NCBI GenBank assembly: GCA_043756365.1
Contig: JAYURF010000495.1
Coordinates: 4,445 to 68,444 of the forward strand
DNA from: Acidimicrobiales bacterium
GTDB taxonomy: Bacteria > Actinomycetota > Acidimicrobiia > Acidimicrobiales > Ilumatobacteraceae
DNA length: 64,000 nucleotides
Direction: 5' to 3'
The notes below the pieces were generated by a model that did no database searches, was not told where the DNA came from, and saw only the letters and a list, made by a program, of their open reading frames with translations. The translations under genes and the position numbers were made by a program. Within the stretch, counting starts at the first letter, position 1. The number at the start of each line of letters is the position of its first letter. Shown in pieces: positions 47,132 through 56,460 of the stretch.

Positions 47132-48051
47132 GACGATGTCGTGTCTGCTGCCGCGCGTGGAGAGTGAAGTGCACGGCTCCACCCGCGCAGGTCGAGCGTC
47201 TCGAGCAGCTCCCGGTTCACGGTCCACGCATCGCGGTCGAACGCCGGGGCCGTTCCCTCCTTGAGGCTGACGATCGTGTCCTTGTACCCGCTGAATGCGG
47301 CCAGGATCGGCAGCAGCCCGTGGAAGTACGACGCCCCTGCGTCGAACACGCGTTGCTTGTCCGCCGCGCCGATCGCGCCGACCTCCGCGTAGAGGAGTGG
47401 GGCGCCCAAGGACGACGTCAGCTCCGCCGTCACGCGTTCGCGCGGCAGTCCCAGGACGAACAGGATGTCGGCGCCGACGGACGCGTACGCTCGCGCTCGC
47501 TCGATCGCGAGCTCGTAGCCGTGCTCGGGGTCGGTGTGGAAGGCGTCGGTTCGCGCCATGATCACGAACTCCGGGTCGCGGCGCGAGGCCATCGCGATCG
47601 CGAGCCGCTCTGATGCGACGTCGATCGGGTACAGCACGGCGGTCGAGAAGTCCCAGTCTCCCTTCTCCTCGTTCCACAGGTGTTTCGGGCGAGACGAATC
47701 GACGTCCTCGAACATGATCCCCGCAGCGCCCGCGCGCTCGGCCATCTCCACCGTTCGACGGATATGGATCGCGGTGGGTCCACCGTCGTCGACATCGGCG
47801 ATGACAGGGATCCGGATCGCGGAGGAGATCCGTCTGACGTTCTCGAGCGCTTCGGCGAGGCTGACAAGGCCCACGTCCGGCAAGCCGTGCATGAAGTTCG
47901 CTGTCGCGCCTGCACCGACGACGATTCCGTCGAAGCCCGTCTGCTCGACGAGGCGCGCCGTCATGCAGTCGTAGGCGGTGACGACTTCGACGTGGCCCTG
48001 ACGCTCCATCGCGTCGCGCCAGCGTCCCTGCGGCGATCGATCGCCTGCCAT
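47128..48051 (-). CDS. Isocitrate lyase / PEP mutase superfamily enzyme (methylisocitrate-lyase-like)
   Basis: VVTAYDCMTARLVEQTGFDGIVVGAG, IPVIADVDDGGP, GIMFEDV, MARTDA. ATG 48051 has a GGAGGA SD. Confidence 0.75.
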   Translation of the reverse strand: MAGDRSPQGRWRDAMERQGHVEVVTAYDCMTARLVEQTGFDGIVVGAGATANFMHGLPDVGLVSLAEALENVRRISSAIRIPVIADVDDGGPTAIHIRRTVEMAERAGAAGIMFEDVDSSRPKHLWNEEKGDWDFSTAVLYPIDVASERLAIAMASRRDPEFVIMARTDAFHTDPEHGYELAIERARAYASVGADILFVLGLPRERVTAELTSSLGAPLLYAEVGAIGAADKQRVFDAGASYFHGLLPILAAFSGYKDTIVSLKEGTAPAFDRDAWTVNRELLETLDLRGWSRALHSPRAAADTTSS

Positions 48052-48248
48052 GTGTCCTCCTCGCCGACGCGGTCGCGATTGCCCGCGCACGGTCTCTGCA
48101 CTCTTGCAGCGCGGCCTCCGGAATGCAAGGTGGCGAGCCGGAAACACGCACCTGAAGGGCGATGACTGCTTGACCAATCGGGAGCCGACTGCTACCGTCA
48201 TCGAAGTTTGCGCTGCGCCGAGCAGCGGAGTGACATGGGGGGACTCGC

Positions 48249-48746
48249 ATGACCGACGTCGCTGTCGGAGGGCAAATCGACGACCGAGTCGCACTGCTCG
48301 AGATCGAGGGCGACTACGCGCGTCGCTTCGACATGCGCGACGGCGCGGGGTGGGCGAACCTGTTCACTGCCGACGGTGTATATCAGGGTGCGCGGATCCC
48401 GGGGATGCCCGAGGCGACGCCTCCGATCGTCGGCCACGCGAATCTCGCCACCGCGTGCGAGAACATGCCCGGTCGCAGCATCCACATGCTGAACGCACCG
48501 CAGATCTCGATCGACGGCGATCGCGCGACCGGTCGGGTGCACTTCACGTTCGAGAACATCCGCGTCGACGAGTACGACAACTCGCACACGATGCGGATCG
48601 TCGCGTACTACCACATCGACTACGTGCGCACCGACGAGGGTTGGAGGATCCGCAACCGCGTCACCGTGCCGTTCTCCGTCGAGACCAGCTCGCGGTGCGG
48701 GTACCAGTACGACCTTCCGATCCCTGGGCCGCCATCGGCGGGGTAG
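48249..48746 (+). CDS. SnoaL_4/NTF2-like protein (paralog of 40026-40517)
   Basis: DDRVALLEIEGDYARRFDMRDGAGWANLFTADGVYQ...YVRTDEGWRIRNRVTVPFS...CGYQYDLPIP. Confidence 0.75.
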   Translation: MTDVAVGGQIDDRVALLEIEGDYARRFDMRDGAGWANLFTADGVYQGARIPGMPEATPPIVGHANLATACENMPGRSIHMLNAPQISIDGDRATGRVHFTFENIRVDEYDNSHTMRIVAYYHIDYVRTDEGWRIRNRVTVPFSVETSSRCGYQYDLPIPGPPSAG

Positions 48747-48761
48747 GGACGGCAGCGGCCG

Positions 48762-49963
48762 ATGGCGGCCAATTCGGTCGATGCGTCCGATGACGTGACG
48801 CCGTTCAGGATCGCGATCGGCGATGCGGTGCTGGACGATCTCCGCGAACGCCTCGCCAACACCCGCTGGCCGGAGCGCGAGACGGTCGACGGCTGGGGAC
48901 AGGGGATCCCGCTCGCGTATCTGCAGGAGATCTGCGACTACTGGCGGACGTCGTACGACTGGCGAGCGCGCGAAGCGGAGTTGAACGCCTTCGCGCAGTA
49001 CCGCGCCCACGTGCGCGGCGGCTCCGACGAGCCCCTGGGCATCCACTTCCTCCACGTCCGCTCCCCGGAGGCGAATGCGTTCCCGCTCGTGCTCACACAC
49101 GGGTGGCCCGGGTCATTCGTCGAGTTCAAGAACGTCATCGGCCCGCTGGCGGACCCCGCCGCTCACGGAGGCGACGCTGCCGACGCCTTCGATGTCGTGT
49201 GTCCATCGCTGCCGGGTTCGGGTTCAGCGACAAGCCGACCCGTACCGGATGGGGCGTCCACCGCATCGCAGCCGCATGGGACGAGCTGATGGTCCGGCTC
49301 GGCTACCAGCGCTACGGCGCCCAGGGCGGGGACTGGGGCTCACTCGTCACCACGCTGATCGGCGCGCAGAACCTGGGCCACTGCGCGGGGATCCATCTCA
49401 ACAGCCTGCCGCGCATGGCCGGGCCCGGCCCGGACGACATGGCCGAGCTCACACCTGCCGAGCTGGTCGCGGTCGAGAGGTTCGATCGCTTCCAGAACGA
49501 GGGGACCGGCTACTCACGGCAGCAGAGCACACGACCGCAAACGGTCGGCTACGGGTTGGTCGACTCCCCCGCGGCCCAGGCGGCGTGGATCCTGGAGAAG
49601 TTCCGTGAATGGACGGACAACGACGGGGATCCCGAAGACGCGATCGTGCGTGACGACCTGCTCGACAACGTCATGATCTATTGGGTCAACGCGGCAGCAG
49701 CGTCGTCCGCGCGCCTCTACTGGGAGAGCTTCGGCACTGTCCGCAACGTCACGGTGCCGATCCCTTCGGGGGTCTCCCAGTTCCCGAAGGAGATCTTCTC
49801 GACGACACCACGTTGGGCTTCACGCGTCTTCTCCGACATTCGCTACTGGAACGACCTCGATCGGGGCGGGCACTTCGCTGCATTCGAGGAGCCGGACCTG
49901 TTCGTCGACGAAGTTCGCGCCTTCTTCCGACTCGTGCGAGAGGGCGGCCATGTTCGCGCTTGA
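48762..49963 (+). pseudogene. Epoxide hydrolase (EHN + alpha/beta hydrolase), one single-base frame break
   Basis: [42 protein letters not shown] | FGFSDKPT (TT run at 49217), GGDWG, GGHFAAFEEPD. The two ORFs 48762-49289 and 49103-49963 join exactly. Confidence 0.8.
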
Positions 49964-50753
49964 CGGGCGGGTCGCGCTGATCACAGCCGGCACGAGTGGG
50001 ATCGGGCGCGGGATCGCGGACGGATTCCTGCGTGCGGGTGCCCGAGTCGTCGTGAACGGACGCTCGACCAACCGAGCGGAGGCCGCGCTCGCCGAGTGGA
50101 GCGAGTTCCGTGACCGCGTCTTCTTCATCCCTGCCGACGTGACCCGCGGTGACGAGTGCGATCGCCTCGTGGACGAATCGATCGCGCACTTCGGCGGGCT
50201 CGACATCCTGGTGAACAACGTCGGCTCGATGTCGCGGACCGGACAACCGAGCGATTTCGTTCCCCTTCACGAGCAACCCGACGACGCGATGCACTTCAGC
50301 TGGGGCGTCAACGTGATGCCAGCGTTCTGGTGCTCCCGTCGCGCCATCCCACGCTTCAGAGCGCAGCGCTTCGGACGGATCATCAACATGTCGTCCGTCG
50401 CTGGCAAAGTCGGATCCGCTCTCGTCGGCCCCTACGCCGTCGGCAAGCACGCGCTCAACGGCCTGACGAAGGTCATGGCAAAGGAGAACGCAGAGTTCGG
50501 CATCACGTCCAACGCGATCTGCGCGGGTGCGGTCGAGACCGACATGATGCGAACCGAAGGTGTGAGCGTCGCCGCCGCGCTGGGACTGTCCTACCAAGAG
50601 TTCAAGCGCAGCCTCGCCGACGGGGCGCTGGTGAAGCGGCTCCTGGACGTGGAAGAGATCAGCGCGATGGCGGCGTTGCTGGCCTCTCGAGCCGGTGGGG
50701 CCATCACGGGTCAGTGCATCAGCGTCGACGGCGGCATCGTCCTCTCCGGCTGA
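49950..50753 (+). CDS. SDR-family oxidoreductase (3-hydroxybutyrate-dehydrogenase-like)
   Basis: ALITAGTSGIGRG, NNVG, YAVGKHAL, ...FGITSNAICAGAVETDM. Confidence 0.8.
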   Translation: MFALDGRVALITAGTSGIGRGIADGFLRAGARVVVNGRSTNRAEAALAEWSEFRDRVFFIPADVTRGDECDRLVDESIAHFGGLDILVNNVGSMSRTGQPSDFVPLHEQPDDAMHFSWGVNVMPAFWCSRRAIPRFRAQRFGRIINMSSVAGKVGSALVGPYAVGKHALNGLTKVMAKENAEFGITSNAICAGAVETDMMRTEGVSVAAALGLSYQEFKRSLADGALVKRLLDVEEISAMAALLASRAGGAITGQCISVDGGIVLSG

Positions 50754-50882
50754 CTCGTCGCGCGGGTGGTCGAGTGCCCGCGCGGACCTGCTGACGCGAA
50801 AGGACCGGACGGCGGTCTCGTGGACGAAACGTCCATGAGCCCACCGTCCGGTCCGGTCACGCGAGCCGGCTGGCGGCGAGCG

Positions 50883-52319
50883 TCAGTCCAGCAGTGTCGT
50901 GCTCTGCTCGTTCAGCTTGGGGAAGAAGTAGAACCCGAAGTTGTCCTCCTTCAGGGGGACCTGGACGAGCTCTCCGTCCTGCTCCACGACCTCCAAGATC
51001 GCCTGGAACCCCCGGCAGAACGACGGGTCGGCGGGCCACACGGCTGCTCCGCAGTTGAAGTCCGGTGCGTCGAACCCGATGACCCAGCGGTCCTCGCTCA
51101 ACACGGCCCTGATCGAGTCGAGGTCGATCGGACCCTCGGGGATCATCTCGAGGATCGTCGCGATGTCCACCGTCGAGGCGAACTGGTTCTCGGCGTAACT
51201 CTCGATGATGTCCGCATGCCCCGCGTCGGTCATCACCTGCTCGTACAGCGCCAAGTTGTCCTGGATCCGCTGCGGCGCGTCGGACGACTCGGCGGCGGCG
51301 AGCGACTGGAACCGCGGCGACATCGTGTAGGTGTTCAGCACGTCCGGCACGCCCACTTGCTCGATGAACTGCGTGTCGGTCGTCAGGATCGGACCGTCGA
51401 ACCCGAGCTGGCGGGCGGTCGTGATGATCGACTGAATGTGGTTCGTCGGCGGGTGACTTATCAAGGCCTCGGCACCTTCGTCCAGCACCGTCTGAATCGC
51501 GGAGGTCCAGTCGCCCGTACCTCCGTCGACAGGTGCACCGACCACGACCTCGACGCCGACGACTTCACCCCATGCTTCAGACAGGGTGCCCTGGAAGCGG
51601 TGGAACGGAGTGTCGAGCGGCAAATAGGCGACCTTCGTGAGGCCGAGCTCCTTCAGCGCGGGCAGCGGGCCTAGCGCGTACGCGCTGAGCGGTGCGCTCA
51701 ATGCCCAGACGTTCTCGGACGGCGTCTGGTTGTACGCGTAGTCCGAGACGATCGCGATGCCGGCTTCCTCGAAGATCGGCAGCGCTGCATCGATGGACAC
51801 GTTCGTCCCGTACGTGACCAGGTTGACGTCGGCCTCGACGAACTCGTTCGCGCAGTTGATCGCACCTTCTGGCGTGGCATCGCCGACGCACACGACGGGC
51901 TCCAGGATCGCGCCGTTCACCCCGCCGTTGGCGTTGATGAAGTCGATGGCGGTGAGGATCCCGGGTCGCATCTCGGGCGTCGAGAACGCCGGCCCTTCGT
52001 CGTTGGTGACGCCGATCTTGATCGTCTCGCCGGTGCGGTCCACGTCGGCGCGGTATTGGTCCTCGTCGCTGAACTGAACCTCGGCCTGAGCAAAGAGGTC
52101 GTCGGTCGCCGCCGTGTCACCGGTCGTGGTGTCGGCCGCCGTGTCGCCGGTCGCCGCCGTGGTGTCGGCTGCTGTGTCTGCGGTCGCCGCGGACGAGGAC
52201 GGCGCCGTCGCGGGCGTGCTCGCTCCCGTCGTGCCCGTCTCGTCGTCGTCGCTCCCGCACGCGGCAACGACCAACGCCGCCGCCGCGAGCAGACCGAAGG
52301 CCTGTCGTCTTGCTCTCAT
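50883..52319 (-). CDS. ABC transporter substrate-binding lipoprotein (LivK/Peripla_BP_6-like)
   Basis: MRARRQAFGLLAAAALVVAAC|GS lipobox, Thr/Ala/Asp-rich linker, then IKIGVTNDEGPAFSTPE...INANGGVNG type-I PBP fold. ATG 52319 preferred over 52361. Confidence 0.75.
   Translation of the reverse strand: MRARRQAFGLLAAAALVVAACGSDDDETGTTGASTPATAPSSSAATADTAADTTAATGDTAADTTTGDTAATDDLFAQAEVQFSDEDQYRADVDRTGETIKIGVTNDEGPAFSTPEMRPGILTAIDFINANGGVNGAILEPVVCVGDATPEGAINCANEFVEADVNLVTYGTNVSIDAALPIFEEAGIAIVSDYAYNQTPSENVWALSAPLSAYALGPLPALKELGLTKVAYLPLDTPFHRFQGTLSEAWGEVVGVEVVVGAPVDGGTGDWTSAIQTVLDEGAEALISHPPTNHIQSIITTARQLGFDGPILTTDTQFIEQVGVPDVLNTYTMSPRFQSLAAAESSDAPQRIQDNLALYEQVMTDAGHADIIESYAENQFASTVDIATILEMIPEGPIDLDSIRAVLSEDRWVIGFDAPDFNCGAAVWPADPSFCRGFQAILEVVEQDGELVQVPLKEDNFGFYFFPKLNEQSTTLLD
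52101..52192 (-). repeat. Imperfect in-frame tandem repeat encoding the T/A/D-rich lipoprotein linker
   Basis: Repeating gccgccgtgtc(a/g)ccggtcg / gtggtgtcgg units. Protein ADTAADTTAATGDTAADTTTGDTAATDD. Confidence 0.6.
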
Positions 52320-52551
52320 GGATTCCCCCATCAGTAGTGGATGTCCGGTGATGGTAGGCACAGTCTCCCGGTTAATGCCAGTCGATCTGCGAAAAAGTCT
52401 ACGCGTACTCCGTATTCGAATCTGCGGTGACCCGCCTTGCGCAGCGGCAGACTGACGTCATCCTCCACTCGTACCCGAAGATGTTCCTTCGGTCTTCATC
52501 GCCGCGTCCATCCCCTACTTGCGCCGCTGGCACGACGTTCATCTGCGGAAC

Positions 52552-52581
52552 TTGCGTACCGAAACGGATGTCTGCTAGATT
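52552..52581 (+). promoter_or_regulatory. Candidate promoter TTGCGT-N18-TAGATT upstream of the second amidohydrolase
   Basis: ttgcgt 52552-52557 and tagatt 52576-52581. Embedded in gaACTTGCGTAcc, which matches gatACTTGCGTAg at 13712-13724. Confidence 0.3.
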
Positions 52582-52632
52582 TTGCGCATCGACGCCGGCC
52601 GGGGGCCGACGACAGCTGAGAGGACGTCCAAC

Positions 52633-53856
52633 GTGAGAGTGATCGACACCGACAGTCATGCCGTCGAGGCGCCGGATCTGTGGACCTCGCGAATGTCCAA
52701 GCAGAAGTGGGGCGACGCGATCCCGCAGGTGAAGTGGGTGCCGGAGATGAACGCGGACATCTGGTTCGTCGGTGACAACCCGATCATGCCCGTGGGGTTC
52801 AGCGTCATCGAGAAGGGGCCTGCCGGGGAGGTCGTTCGTAACGAGGAGAACTTCCCGAACTTCATCACCAAGGTGGACGAGTTCCATCCGTCGGCGTGGG
52901 ATCCGCACGAGCGGGCGAAGGTGATGGACGAGTACGGCGTCGACTCGGCATGCCTGTACCCGAACCTCGGCTTCATCGGCCCGGACATCTACCGCGTGAT
53001 CGAGGATTCCTCGCTCGAGTTCCAGGTCGAGATCGCGAGCACGTACAACGACTGGATCCGCGACTGGGAGCGAGCTGAGCCGACGAAGTTCATCAGCCTT
53101 GCGTGCATCCCGTACTGGGATGTCCCGTCGGCGGTGAAAGAGATCGAGCGTTGCGCCGAGAACGGCCACCACGGGTACGTGATGACCGGTGTGCCTGACT
53201 CCCACGGCGAGCCCTTCTTGGCCGACCGGCGGTGGGATCCGATGTGGGCCGCGGCGGAAGCGACCGGGCTGCCGATCAGCTTCCATGCCGGTGGCGGCGG
53301 GGGAGACGTTCCGATCAAGCTCAAGAACGAGCATGGTCACGTCGTCAATGTGAACCCTCTCCAGGCGCGTCGCGATGTGATGGGGACGGACACCACCCTG
53401 GCGTTCACGACGTGTCGGGAGTTCATGCGCAATGGGATGACCGTGTCCGAGCTGTTGATGTCGAACATCCTGCCGCGCTTCCCGGAGCTGAGATTCGTCA
53501 GCGTCGAGAGCGGGATCGGCTGGATCCCGTTCGTGCTCGAGTCGCTCGACAAGCACGCGAAGAAGTACCGCGTCTCGCGCGAGCATCCGGAGTACACCGA
53601 ACTCCCGAGCTTCTACTTCCACCGTCAGGTGTACGCGAACGTCTGGTACGAGCACCTCACCGACTTCCACATGGAGGTGATCGGGCCGGACAACCTGCTG
53701 TTCGAGACCGACTTCCCGCACCCGACGTGCCTCATCGGCGACGAGATCACCGATGCGATCGAGCTCGTGACGGGCGCTCTGTCGCAGGAGAACCGCGAGA
53801 AGATCCTCTGGAGGAACGCCGAGCGTCTGTTCAAGGTCAACTCGCCGGTCGGTTGA
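52633..53856 (+). CDS. Amidohydrolase_2-family metal-dependent hydrolase/decarboxylase (paralog of 13740-14966)
   Basis: VRVIDTDSHAVE, ...FETDFPHPTC. GTG 52633 preceded by GAGAGGA. Confidence 0.75.
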   Translation: MRVIDTDSHAVEAPDLWTSRMSKQKWGDAIPQVKWVPEMNADIWFVGDNPIMPVGFSVIEKGPAGEVVRNEENFPNFITKVDEFHPSAWDPHERAKVMDEYGVDSACLYPNLGFIGPDIYRVIEDSSLEFQVEIASTYNDWIRDWERAEPTKFISLACIPYWDVPSAVKEIERCAENGHHGYVMTGVPDSHGEPFLADRRWDPMWAAAEATGLPISFHAGGGGGDVPIKLKNEHGHVVNVNPLQARRDVMGTDTTLAFTTCREFMRNGMTVSELLMSNILPRFPELRFVSVESGIGWIPFVLESLDKHAKKYRVSREHPEYTELPSFYFHRQVYANVWYEHLTDFHMEVIGPDNLLFETDFPHPTCLIGDEITDAIELVTGALSQENREKILWRNAERLFKVNSPVG

Positions 53857-53958
53857 CGGCCGGCGCTCCGGCGGCGCATTGGAGGAGAGGCGCCAACCCC
53901 CTTGGTGCCTCGCCTCGTGCGTCCCGCACGCCAACGACTACTTGTTGAAGGGAACGCG

Positions 53959-54504
53959 ATGTCCACACTCACCGACCAACTGACCGCGGCGGAGGTCGCT
54001 GCGCTGCGACGGCTGCTCGACATCGCAGCGATCCAGGAGGTCATGCTGCGCTACTGCCGCTGCGCCGACCGCAACGACCCGGAGCTGATGAAGACGATCT
54101 TCTGGGACGAGGGCACCGACGACCACGGCATGTACAAGGGGAGCGCGACGGGCTTCTTCGAGCGGGCGTACGCGAATCGTGACCTGCTGACGGCCCGCTA
54201 TCACATCATCGGGACACCACGCGTCGAACTCGTCAGCGAGTCGCAGGCGAAGGTCGAGACCTACTTCCACTATGCCGGCGTGTTCGTCGGCGACGTTGGA
54301 GAGACGTTCGCCAACTGTGGCGGACGCTACCGCGACGTGTTCGAACGTCGACACGGTGAGTGGCGGGTCCTGCGTCGGGTGACGATCTACGACTGGTCGG
54401 TCGCAGCGCCCTACGAGCCCGGGTGGGACTTCTTCGGCATCCCCGACGGGATCAACCGTGGGACGGTCGAGCCGCTCGACGCGACCTACTCCGCCGACTG
54501 GTGA
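53959..54504 (+). CDS. SnoaL_4/NTF2-like protein
   Basis: LLDIAAIQEVMLRYCRCADRNDPELMKTIFWDEGTDDHG...FERRHGEWRVLRR. Confidence 0.7.
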   Translation: MSTLTDQLTAAEVAALRRLLDIAAIQEVMLRYCRCADRNDPELMKTIFWDEGTDDHGMYKGSATGFFERAYANRDLLTARYHIIGTPRVELVSESQAKVETYFHYAGVFVGDVGETFANCGGRYRDVFERRHGEWRVLRRVTIYDWSVAAPYEPGWDFFGIPDGINRGTVEPLDATYSADW

Positions 54505-54530
54505 CACCGGGGGCCAAGGATCTCGTGCGC

Positions 54531-55331
54531 ATGGAGAACAACGGAGTCGCTGACGCGATCGTCGAGCAGGTCGACCCGCTCGCGAGCATGCGTCTCGACG
54601 GCCGCGTCGCTGTTGTGACGGGGGCGTCGTCGGGGCTCGGGGCGCGGTTTGCCCGGACGCTGCACGCCGCGGGTGCCACCGTGATCGCCGTCGCTCGGCG
54701 CGCGGATCGACTGGCGGACCTCGCCGCGGAGCTGCCCCGGGTGCACGCGCTGACGGCCGATCTCGCGGACGAGCGGGCGCGCGAGCAGATGATCGAGGCG
54801 GCCGCCGAGATGCACGGACGCCTCGACGTCCTCGTGAACAACGCCGGCATCCTCGTCAGGGTCGCGGCCGAGGACGAGTCGGTCGAGACGTTTCGCTCCG
54901 TGATGGAGATCAACGTCGTTGCACCATGGCACCTGAGCAAGCTCGCCTTTCCGCACATGTGCCGCGCCGGGGGTGGGTCGATCATCAACATCGCGTCGAT
55001 GTACGGCCTCGTGGCGTCGGCGCCGATCAAGCACGCGAACTACTGCGCCTCCAAGGGGGCGGTGATCAACCTCACCCGCGAGCTCGCGGCGCAGTGGGCG
55101 AGGCGCAGCATCCGCGTGAACTCCCTCTGTCCGGGGTTCTTTCCATCCGAGATGACCGCCGGTCTCGGCGAGGACGACAGCAGCCGCGCGTTCATTCGTT
55201 CCAACTCGCCGATTCCCCGGCTCGGCCTCGAGCACGAGCTCGATGCTGCGTTGTTGCTCCTCGCGAGCCCGAGCAACACGTTCATGACCGGGCACAACCT
55301 CGTCGTCGACGGCGGCTGGACCGCGCGATGA
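54531..55331 (+). CDS. SDR-family oxidoreductase
   Basis: VAVVTGASSGLGAR, NNAG, YCASKGAV, SIRVNSLCPGFF. Confidence 0.85.
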   Translation: MENNGVADAIVEQVDPLASMRLDGRVAVVTGASSGLGARFARTLHAAGATVIAVARRADRLADLAAELPRVHALTADLADERAREQMIEAAAEMHGRLDVLVNNAGILVRVAAEDESVETFRSVMEINVVAPWHLSKLAFPHMCRAGGGSIINIASMYGLVASAPIKHANYCASKGAVINLTRELAAQWARRSIRVNSLCPGFFPSEMTAGLGEDDSSRAFIRSNSPIPRLGLEHELDAALLLLASPSNTFMTGHNLVVDGGWTAR

Positions 55332-55394
55332 AGCCCCCGGTGACCTGAGCGGTCGACACGTGCTCAGACGTCGGTGTCGGACCCGCGGCTGCGG

Positions 55395-56228
55395 CTACGG
55401 CGTGATCGCGGGCGGCAGTGCGTGGTCCGGGTACCAGCGACCGGGGATGATCGGCATGTTCGTCTTGATCGTCGCCCCACCGTCGGCGACCATCAGCGCA
55501 CCCGTGATGTAGCCGGCGTCGGCGGCGAGAAAGGTGGCCAACGCGGCGATGTCGTCGACCTCGCCGGCCCGGGTGACGTGCATCGCCCCCTGAGCCGCCT
55601 TCCATGCCGGATCGGCGTTGAACTCAGCCGTTCGCCTGCCGGTGCCGCTGTTCACCATCCCGGCGAGGATCGCGTTGCATCGAATGCTCGGTCCGTAGTC
55701 GTAGGCGACGTTCACCGTGAGCGCGTTGAGGCCGCCCTTCGCCATCGAGTAGGCCGGCTGACCGGCCAAGCCGGTGATGGTCGCCGTCGACGAGATGTTC
55801 ACGATGCTGCCGCCCCCCGCAGCCTGCATGTGCGGCACGGCGTGCTTGATGGCGAAGTAGGGGCCGAGCAACGCGACCCGGAGAATGTGCTCGGTGCTGG
55901 CGGTGTCAGACGTCGCGACGGGGCTGCCGGCGCGCGCGACGTCCTCGAGCGGGGCAGCGTTGTTGACGAGGACGTCGAGGCCGCCGAACGTGTCGACGGT
56001 GCCGGCGACGAGTCGCTCGACGGACGCCTCGTCGCTGATGTCGGCGGGAAGCGACACGGCACGACCTCCCATCTCGACGATCTCGTGTACCACGGCTCGC
56101 CCGAGCTCCTCGTTTCGTCCTGTCACCACGACTGCCGCACCTTCGCTCGCGAACATCTTGGCGATGCCGCGCCCGATCCCGCGGTTCGATCCGGTGACGA
56201 GCGCAACCTTGCCGTAGAGCCGACCCAT
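55395..56228 (-). CDS. SDR-family oxidoreductase
   Basis: MGRLYGKVALVTGSNRGIGRG, NNAA, YSMAKGGL. Confidence 0.85.
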   Translation of the reverse strand: MGRLYGKVALVTGSNRGIGRGIAKMFASEGAAVVVTGRNEELGRAVVHEIVEMGGRAVSLPADISDEASVERLVAGTVDTFGGLDVLVNNAAPLEDVARAGSPVATSDTASTEHILRVALLGPYFAIKHAVPHMQAAGGGSIVNISSTATITGLAGQPAYSMAKGGLNALTVNVAYDYGPSIRCNAILAGMVNSGTGRRTAEFNADPAWKAAQGAMHVTRAGEVDDIAALATFLAADAGYITGALMVADGGATIKTNMPIIPGRWYPDHALPPAITP

Positions 56229-56460
56229 TGCTGTTCCCTCCCGTCGCGGACTCTCATTGTGCCACCGGTTCAAGTGATGAACACACAGTGCTCTGGATGA
56301 CGCGGGCAGATATACCGAGAACGCGCTGAAGACAGCCTCCTGTGATACGAATTCATGGACATCCAGGGAGGTGTTGGGTCGACGCGTGCGTGGGCCGCGG
56401 AGGCTGCGGCAGGAGGAGGGGTCTGCAGATGGACGTCGAACAGCGGCCCGGACGGGCGAG

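Noticed and set aside
52101-52192. Tandem repeat as a CRISPR array, VNTR locus or non-coding satellite
   Set aside because: The repeats are in frame inside the lipoprotein gene, imperfect, without unique spacers, and encode a low-complexity T/A/D linker.
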